From IMG/VR virus record IMGVR_UViG_2648501318_000010, positions 1 through 29,133 of that record: a DNA stretch of 29,133 bases, one strand, 5' to 3'. Shown here one piece after another: positions 28,892-29,133 of the stretch. A program made the translations under genes and the position numbers. The DNA is from a virus (lineage: Duplodnaviria > Heunggongvirae > Uroviricota > Caudoviricetes). Position 1 is the stretch's first letter; every line of letters begins with the position of its first letter. A model generated the notes under the pieces. It worked only from the letters and a program-made list of their open reading frames with translations, made no database searches and had not been told where the DNA came from.

Positions 28892-29133
28892 CGATAGGAA
28901 TTTAAATCCCCAAAAGACTAAAAAAGCACCACAAAACGGATATTTCTTCAACACCCCTTGTGCACCATATGAGCGGAAACGACTATTAAACAGGATGACA
29001 CTGATTGATACAGGGTATGAATGGCGGTTTTTTGCTCCGTTTCCGGTAAAATGGACGCAACTTCCCCTCTGCGGCTCTCAGCCGCACACCTGCTGTCGTG
29101 CCAGTCGCTCATGCATCAGGACCAGCTCTGCCA

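Overview
This window reads as a bacteriophage P1-type phage-plasmid segment in reverse orientation relative to the usual P1 map. A perfect 34-bp loxP site (20285..20318) sits beside cre, with the immC region (coi, c1), the packaging genes pacB/pacA and an internal pac site, lpa, the phd/doc addiction module and a LexA-box-controlled humD on one side; ref, cra, ssb, the SAR endolysin lyz, pro/prt and the 2255-aa DarB on the other. Several 17-bp C1-operator-like sites (ATTGCTCTAAT core) are scattered through it. The most interesting region is 13.3-16.8 kb, between lxc and the mat-position gene, where I recall P1 carrying the type III R-M genes res/mod: no res/mod-sized ORFs are present. Instead there is a c4/icd/ant-like antisense-RNA immunity module under C1 operators, a divergent small lipoprotein, and an AT-rich two-gene operon (HTH-XRE protein plus a YaaW/UPF0174-like protein) that is my best candidate for an undescribed accessory or defence module. 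A second candidate is a translationally coupled pair of unknown ORFs (194 and 120 aa) divergent from humD across the LexA box. A 5'-truncated OmpF/OmpC/PhoE-family porin ORF lies at the left edge. All identifications rest on recalled protein sequences, sizes and motifs with no database search; hand-counted site coordinates may be off by 1-2 nt, and I found at least one place near the doc 3' end where my reading of the sequence and the ORF track disagree by one base.
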